From contig CAXGMD010000057.1 of assembly GCA_964010765.1 (NCBI GenBank), positions 1 through 22,508 of the forward strand: a DNA stretch of 22,508 nucleotides, in the 5' to 3' direction. Origin of the DNA: an uncultured bacterium (GTDB taxonomy: Bacteria > SAR324 > NAC60-12). The position numbers were made by a program, and so were the translations under genes. The notes beneath the pieces were generated by a model. It was not told where the DNA came from, did no database searches, and saw nothing but the letters and a program-made list of their open reading frames with translations. Positions within the stretch are counted from its first letter, which is position 1. Each line of letters begins with the position of its first letter. Below, in pieces: positions 17,039 through 22,508 of the stretch.

Positions 17039-18692
17039 GGTTCAATTCATTTGGGTAAGGTTCCCCTTGAAACAAGCTGATTCGGACCCAACGATCAGAA
17101 CGAGGATCAAAGCGAGTTGCTCCAAAAAAAGCTAGTTTGCTGCGTAAGAGATCGATGGGCAGCATCTCAGCAGAAATGAGATTGTCCTGAATTTCAGCAA
17201 AAGGATAATGCGCAGAGAGTTGAACCCGACGGACAATCGAACGAAAATCAGGACGCACCAACAATAGATGGGCCACTGGAATCCTGTCAGACCACTCTTT
17301 GAGCAAATCGCAGAGTTCAGCTACCTGGCGACCAATATCCAGAGGCTGTTCACGTTCAGCACCAGATTCACAGTGTCGTTCACCAAGGCGAGGTTCCAGT
17401 TTTTCTTCTGACACATACCAAAAGCGGGCGCATTGTTCTGGTTGCTGATAATCCGTCCCTAACGCCCAAGCAAAGTGACTATGCAAATGTTTTCTCAACT
17501 CACCAATTGATTGACGGCCATCGACCTTGAAAGTTACTTCTTCATCTATGGCCATCTGATCTCCTAAATCATCAACCAACTCCCCATGTGGCTCCAATAA
17601 CAGGGCCAGCATTGCTTCCTGTGCTTCTATCGGCAGTTTGCGTTCACCCCATTGCCAGAGTACGTCCCATGGGTAGATTTGCGCTGCGTCCCACTCTTCA
17701 TGAACAAATGTCTGCAGTTGCCTCAAGCCTTCTCGCAGTTCTTTCAACTTGGCTACCTGCAGTGGGTGTTCGCTCTGCCACTGCACCGCATTTTCCTGTG
17801 CTTCCCTGAGCGCTTCACAAAATTGATCAAGTATTTCTGAAGTTAACTTGGGCTGGGAGCGTACCCGAGCAAGCGCCTCTTCACGAGCTGCAAACCAATG
17901 ATGAATCAGCACCGGATGACGTACTAGGAAGGGAGCCATGCCCAAACCAGTCGAGTTGCCCACTCCCAACAACCTGCGTAATGTAGAATCAAGCCTCACT
18001 GCCTGCAATCCTCCTTGCTCTGCTGCCAGATGCTCGACAAGATCCACAGTGAACGCTCGGGTCAGCCAGACAGAGAGCATCTCAGCTTGAAAAGGAGCCC
18101 GCATCTCTGGTCGACCTGCCAAATTACCCCGATCGGCTGCGCCAAACTTACCTGTCCCATAGACCGCCGTGGTACGCATCAGGTAACCCGTCTGCTCCAG
18201 ACGACTACGCTCAGGCTGACGTCCTCGAGCTAACTCTTTCACCACATACTCAAAGAGTCGTACAGAACGATTAGCCCGACTCAGCGATAGCTCCTTCGCT
18301 GAAATGCGTCCTGCTTCTTGAAGAGGAACATTGCGTTCTAACCGCTTGATATCAGCAGTACTGGGAGTACCATCAAATAGAGTGAACGTGGCATCCCAAG
18401 CAGTTGCAATCACCCTATCTGAGCGCATCTCTGCTGGAAGATCATGAGCGAAGGCCACCAAGCTATAACAGCGTTCAGGGCCTTGCATTCGGTAAACGGC
18501 GTGACCAACCCCTTGCTGGTTGATCTGCCAGACTGGACGGTCAAAGTTCCAATTTTCTTTCTTTAGGCGTCGCAGTAATTGACGCAGAAAGGAGAGGCGT
18601 GTTGGGTGACTACAGCCCATGCGTGTAAGGCACATCACCTGGCTGGGAGAGCGATAAAACCTGGCTGGAACTGTTTGCTCGATTGGCTTCAC
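17022..18692 (-). CDS. Hypothetical protein, 556 aa, function unknown
   Basis: Long ORF with GTG start overlapping the upstream stop (GTGA 18689-18692); motif-like blocks RSDRVIATAWD, YLMRTTAVYGTGKFG, GNSTGLGMAPFL, FWYVSEEKLEPRLGER. Confidence 0.88.
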   Translation of the reverse strand: MKPIEQTVPARFYRSPSQVMCLTRMGCSHPTRLSFLRQLLRRLKKENWNFDRPVWQINQQGVGHAVYRMQGPERCYSLVAFAHDLPAEMRSDRVIATAWDATFTLFDGTPSTADIKRLERNVPLQEAGRISAKELSLSRANRSVRLFEYVVKELARGRQPERSRLEQTGYLMRTTAVYGTGKFGAADRGNLAGRPEMRAPFQAEMLSVWLTRAFTVDLVEHLAAEQGGLQAVRLDSTLRRLLGVGNSTGLGMAPFLVRHPVLIHHWFAAREEALARVRSQPKLTSEILDQFCEALREAQENAVQWQSEHPLQVAKLKELREGLRQLQTFVHEEWDAAQIYPWDVLWQWGERKLPIEAQEAMLALLLEPHGELVDDLGDQMAIDEEVTFKVDGRQSIGELRKHLHSHFAWALGTDYQQPEQCARFWYVSEEKLEPRLGERHCESGAEREQPLDIGRQVAELCDLLKEWSDRIPVAHLLLVRPDFRSIVRRVQLSAHYPFAEIQDNLISAEMLPIDLLRSKLAFFGATRFDPRSDRWVRISLFQGEPYPNELNHADVS

Positions 18693-19681
18693 GTGACGTC
18701 CTCCGTTCTTGTAGAGAAGCTCTCCGCAAAAAACCTTGCCCAGTTGTTCCCTAAAATGCCGAAGACTTCTTCTTCAGCAAAACCTACCTCCCGCAAGCCC
18801 TCTGCCAAGCTGCCAAAAGCGCGATTATCTGGATACCATTCTGGCATCGGTGGGAACCCGGGGATCTTGGCACTTCCTTCTCCGTAATCCAAGGATTTGG
18901 TCCAGCGTCCGTTGCGCATCCATTCCACAATCTCGTCCGGTTGATCCTGACAGAGATCCGAACCTATCCCTATCTGGCTCACTCCCATCAACTCAGCGGT
19001 CTTGGCCACCATCTCGCAGAAGGATCTTCTAGTACAGTTAGTCCCTTCTTTCAAATGATGTGGATAAAGTGAGAATCCAAGCATCCCACCGGATTCACCG
19101 AGAGAACGTAATACCTGATCGGACTTGTTACGCAGTGCTGGATGCCAAAAGGTTGGGTTAGCGTGCGTAATGGCGATTGGTCGGCTGGAAAGTTCAATCG
19201 CTTCCAGAGTTGAGCGCTCTGCTGAGTGACTCATGTCGATCACCAGACCCACTCGGTTCATTTCCTGAATCACTTCACGTCCCATCCGCGTCAAACCAGG
19301 ATCTTCCTGCTCATAGCAACCGGTCGCCAACAGTGACTGGTTATTATAACTGAGCTGCATGAAGCGCAGACCTAAGCGATGAAGAATCTCCACTAGACCG
19401 ATGTCGTCTTCCATGCAACTGGGATTCTGTGATCCAAAGAAGATCGCTGTTCGATTAGTCTGTTGGGCTTTCTCCAAGTCACTGGTGTCAAATCCCTGGA
19501 AAATCAAATCTGGGTAGCGCTCAAACCATCGATTCCACGCTTCCATCACCAGCACGGTTTCCCGAAAATTTTCGTGGTAGGTGATCGTCACGTGGACACC
19601 GTCCACCCTGCCTTCGCGGAGTTGATGAAAGATCTTCTCGGACCAGTTGGCGTACTGCAGGGCATCAATGCGAAAGTTCAT
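18689..19681 (-). CDS. Membrane (renal) dipeptidase family amidohydrolase (peptidase M19-like), atypical
   Basis: LGLRFMQLSYN, GLT.MGREVIQEMNRVGLVIDMSH, ITHAN, RNKSD, IGIGSD, ILGNNWARF. Confidence 0.88.
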   Translation of the reverse strand: MNFRIDALQYANWSEKIFHQLREGRVDGVHVTITYHENFRETVLVMEAWNRWFERYPDLIFQGFDTSDLEKAQQTNRTAIFFGSQNPSCMEDDIGLVEILHRLGLRFMQLSYNNQSLLATGCYEQEDPGLTRMGREVIQEMNRVGLVIDMSHSAERSTLEAIELSSRPIAITHANPTFWHPALRNKSDQVLRSLGESGGMLGFSLYPHHLKEGTNCTRRSFCEMVAKTAELMGVSQIGIGSDLCQDQPDEIVEWMRNGRWTKSLDYGEGSAKIPGFPPMPEWYPDNRAFGSLAEGLREVGFAEEEVFGILGNNWARFFAESFSTRTEDVT

Positions 19682-19904
19682 GCATATCTCTTATCAGCTG
19701 CTATCAGAGTGTCTTGTGAACAAAGCGCAGGTGTAACAGGAATTTTTATCAAATGCCACCCCTTCTCCCAATATGTACAGATTCGTTTCAATAGTTTATT
19801 GATTGGAATCCATTGACGGTTGTGCACTCCTCAGTCATCATCATGAAAAATAAACCAAACTGATTTGAAAGACTCGCAAGATTCAAAGAGAAGTAGGTGC
19901 GCCA

Positions 19905-20594
19905 ATGGTTGTCACCAAAAGTTGGCAATACAGAATTCGCCCAATGATCCTAAGTTGCTTTTGCATCATCAGTGTCAGTCTGGGAGCTTGCCAGAGTAGT
20001 TTCCTTCAACAACCCCTGGCTCTGGATCAAGACGATCTCGTGAAGCTGATGGAGAACAAAGACTGCCCAGGCTGCAACTTGGTTGGCGCCGATCTTAGTG
20101 GAATGAGTCTCGAAGGCAGTGACCTGAGTTTTTCCAATCTTCAAGGGGCTAGATTGCGTGGAACCGACCTCCGACGAGCACGACTGCGTGGAGCCAAGTT
20201 GACCGAGGCAGATTTCAGTGGGGCAGACCTATTGGACGCCAACCTAGAAGAAACAGATTTGGAGGGTGCCCAGCTGACCGGAGCCAATCTGCGTGGTGTA
20301 GAACTTTGGAACTCAAACCTGAAAAGCGCCAAGCTTCGAGGTACTTCTCTGGAGGAAGCAAGCTTGCGGGATGCTCGCATGGAAGGAGCCGATCTCAGCG
20401 GAGCCGTCTTGTTTGAAGCAAATTTGGAGGAAGCAAATTTGACCGGAGTGAACCTCAACGCAGCGGACCTGCGAGGAGTTAAAATGCGGCGTACCAACTT
20501 GACCAACGTCAAGATGGAAGGAACCGATCTGAACTACGCAAAGCTTTGCGGAACGATTTTACCAAATGGTGAGATAACGGTTCGGGATTGCTGA
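19905..20594 (+). CDS. Pentapeptide-repeat protein, probable lipoprotein
   Basis: Hydrophobic stretch plus lipobox LGAC; CPGC, A(D/N)Lxx array, C-terminal LCGTILPNG...RDC; alternative start at 19944. Confidence 0.9.
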   Translation: MVVTKSWQYRIRPMILSCFCIISVSLGACQSSFLQQPLALDQDDLVKLMENKDCPGCNLVGADLSGMSLEGSDLSFSNLQGARLRGTDLRRARLRGAKLTEADFSGADLLDANLEETDLEGAQLTGANLRGVELWNSNLKSAKLRGTSLEEASLRDARMEGADLSGAVLFEANLEEANLTGVNLNAADLRGVKMRRTNLTNVKMEGTDLNYAKLCGTILPNGEITVRDC

Positions 20595-20614
20595 AAAGAA
20601 AATCGGATGAGATT

Positions 20615-20641
20615 GGGGGAAATCTTTTTGAAGACTCCCCC
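20615..20641. terminator. Hairpin between convergent genes
   Basis: GGGGGA..TCTT / AAGA.TCCCCC imperfect inverted repeat about 20 nt after the stop at 20594. Confidence 0.5.
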
Positions 20642-20693
20642 CGGGGCTAACACCAAAATCTCTCTTGCCTAGAGAAATCAGCGAGTTGGGCAA

Positions 20694-21905
20694 CTATGGA
20701 AGGTCCATGCAATTAGCGTAGTACGTCGTCGTTGCGGGCCAATCACTGAAGACTCCGATCACTCCGACCTGCTGCGCGAGCACGTCTAACACCGTCATCA
20801 CATCCCCATCATTGTTGATCGCTTCCTTCACCGTTTGATAGTACCAACCACCACCTCCATTCAACGGTCCGGAACGCTCCAGTGTCCAGGTGATCAAATC
20901 AATTCCTGCCTGCCGGGCCTGACGTGCATACGCTGAGGGCACAATTTCTTCACCGTCAAAATCAAGCAAAGCGTAAATTGGTGGGGCCAGAATACGTACT
21001 CCCTGCTGTGCCAACTCCTGCATATCTTCAAGCGACGAACGAAAGCTGGGACGATAAGTCCGACCATCTAGATAGACCGCCTGCCTGCCAAACTCTGGTT
21101 CCTGCTCAATCCAGTAGAGGACATCATCCAGGCTGAAGGACTGAGGGAACACATCACGGGGTGCGACCCCAGCAGCTTTGTATTCCTCAATCAGCTTTTG
21201 GGCATAATCCTGCTGGCTGAACTCTCCTTCGTAAGGCATCTCCTCCTTGGCTGACTTCAACTCTGGGGTGAACTTCACACCAAGCTCCTTGAACAGCGTG
21301 ATACTCTCTGCATGGGTCATCAAGGTACCACGAGTTGCGTAGAGGTCTGTACGCCAGTTGGCGGTTCCTCCCATGTATTCTTCAGGAGTAGTCGCAAATG
21401 GGTTGGCTGCATCCATCTTTCCCTGTAGGCGCTTAAATTCAGCCAAGGTTAAATCAGAGGTACGGCACTCTACCTTGGCCTTCTTACCGCTGGCTGGATC
21501 TCCCGGTTCGAAAGGTACAGCACACTTGGCCGCCAGATCAGGGTGGGCCAAGATATCAGTGGTCGTATGCAAATCTGCTTGTGAATGCCGACAGACCAAC
21601 TGGCGATCCCTGGTGAAGGTTACGTCACATTCTACTATACCAGCACCCATCCGTGCCGCTGCCAAATAGGATTCACGCGTGTGCTCGGGAAACTGCAAAG
21701 CAGCTCCCCGATGGCCAATGGAGAAAGCTCGCTTGCTAACCGGTTTCCCTATGCATTGACTCAGTTTCTCTTTCAATGGGCTATCGTCCATATCCTCCAC
21801 CAAGAAGAAGGGGCGGGGCCCAAGGTGAATCGATTCAACTGCCAGCAACTCGACTGTGCCGAAACAGATCCAACAACACATCATCAACTTTAGTCCTTTT
21901 ATCAT
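20694..21905 (-). CDS. Exported glycerophosphodiester phosphodiesterase (GDPD family)
   Basis: [37 protein letters not shown]; start reassigned to MIKGLK at 21905 (GAGGAG RBS, signal-peptide-like N-terminus). Confidence 0.9.
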   Translation of the reverse strand: MIKGLKLMMCCWICFGTVELLAVESIHLGPRPFFLVEDMDDSPLKEKLSQCIGKPVSKRAFSIGHRGAALQFPEHTRESYLAAARMGAGIVECDVTFTRDRQLVCRHSQADLHTTTDILAHPDLAAKCAVPFEPGDPASGKKAKVECRTSDLTLAEFKRLQGKMDAANPFATTPEEYMGGTANWRTDLYATRGTLMTHAESITLFKELGVKFTPELKSAKEEMPYEGEFSQQDYAQKLIEEYKAAGVAPRDVFPQSFSLDDVLYWIEQEPEFGRQAVYLDGRTYRPSFRSSLEDMQELAQQGVRILAPPIYALLDFDGEEIVPSAYARQARQAGIDLITWTLERSGPLNGGGGWYYQTVKEAINNDGDVMTVLDVLAQQVGVIGVFSDWPATTTYYANCMDLP

Positions 21906-22277
21906 TGGAAACTCCTCAGTAGACCGGAAAGAGAACGCAATATTCTTGAAAGTCAATCAAGGTAAGCGTAAGTAGCCAAATTCACAAATTTCTGACGAAT
22001 CCTGCTGCTCCATTTCTATCAGAGCAATGGTGAACCTTTTTCAGCTATCCATCTTGTTACAAAAATAAGATTACTGAATTATCGCAGGTTTATTCATTTT
22101 GTTTGTGTTGACGAATAGAATCTCATCGTGCTCGACAACAAAACCATAGTAGGATATCAAAGGCTTCAATTAGCGAATTTTCCTCAATTGTTTGTTACTA
22201 CCCGAATGGAGTAGATGAAGTTTTGACATGTCAAAATCAACTCCTGATGAAGCAGTCCATCCAACAAGAGACGAACT

Positions 22278-22499
22278 ATGAGACGCAGAGGAGATCGCAG
22301 GCTTACAGATATCATTGTCGCCATTGAAAGAAGAAAAGCCGCAAGGCGTGATCTGGAGATTCAAAGACGAGCGATTGAAGATCGCCGCAAGCTGGAAATG
22401 AAGGTAGAGGAAGAAAGAAGACTGGCTGTACGTAGAGCAGAAGACATTGAAAAACTAAAGATGGATAATCCGGAGTTCAATTTACCGTTGGAGAGTTGA
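22278..22499 (+). CDS. Small charged protein with (E/D)RR repeats
   Basis: 73-aa purine-rich ORF: RRRGDRR, ERRKAARR, QRRAIEDRR, ERRLAVRR; start uncertain. Confidence 0.6.
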   Translation: MRRRGDRRLTDIIVAIERRKAARRDLEIQRRAIEDRRKLEMKVEEERRLAVRRAEDIEKLKMDNPEFNLPLES

Positions 22500-22508
22500 G
22501 TTTGCCAT

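Noticed and set aside
9542..20594. Pentapeptide genes as Qnr quinolone-resistance genes, or their periodicity as a CRISPR/tandem DNA array
   Set aside because: These three carry export signals unlike cytoplasmic Qnr, and the 15-nt periodicity is degenerate and protein-level, with no identical repeats or spacers.

Overview
Bacterial chromosomal window of moderate GC with no mobile element, CRISPR array, rRNA or tRNA recognised. The gene content (many pentapeptide-repeat proteins, AlkB, polar amino-acid ABC transporter) suggests a marine heterotroph such as SAR324, but this is inference only. From left to right: (i) a truncated pentapeptide-repeat gene; (ii) an 8-gene minus-strand operon combining three different iron-oxygenase folds (MocD-like membrane desaturase/oxygenase, 2OG-Fe(II) dioxygenase, HD-domain PhnZ/MIOX-like protein) with a polar amino-acid ABC transporter and an AhpD-like protein; (iii) two small coupled hypothetical genes; (iv) aldo/keto reductase, a pentapeptide protein, cysK and a MATE pump; (v) two adjacent interrupted genes, a frameshifted Spo0M/arrestin-like gene and alkB with an in-frame TGA; (vi) a pentapeptide protein and a stand-alone PilZ protein; (vii) an overlapping three-gene module of an atypical membrane-dipeptidase homologue, a 556-aa unknown protein and a DUF3726-like protein; (viii) a pentapeptide lipoprotein, a glycerophosphodiester phosphodiesterase and a small (E/D)RR-repeat protein. 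The best candidates for undescribed systems are the triple-oxygenase uptake/catabolism operon and the dipeptidase-like three-gene module.
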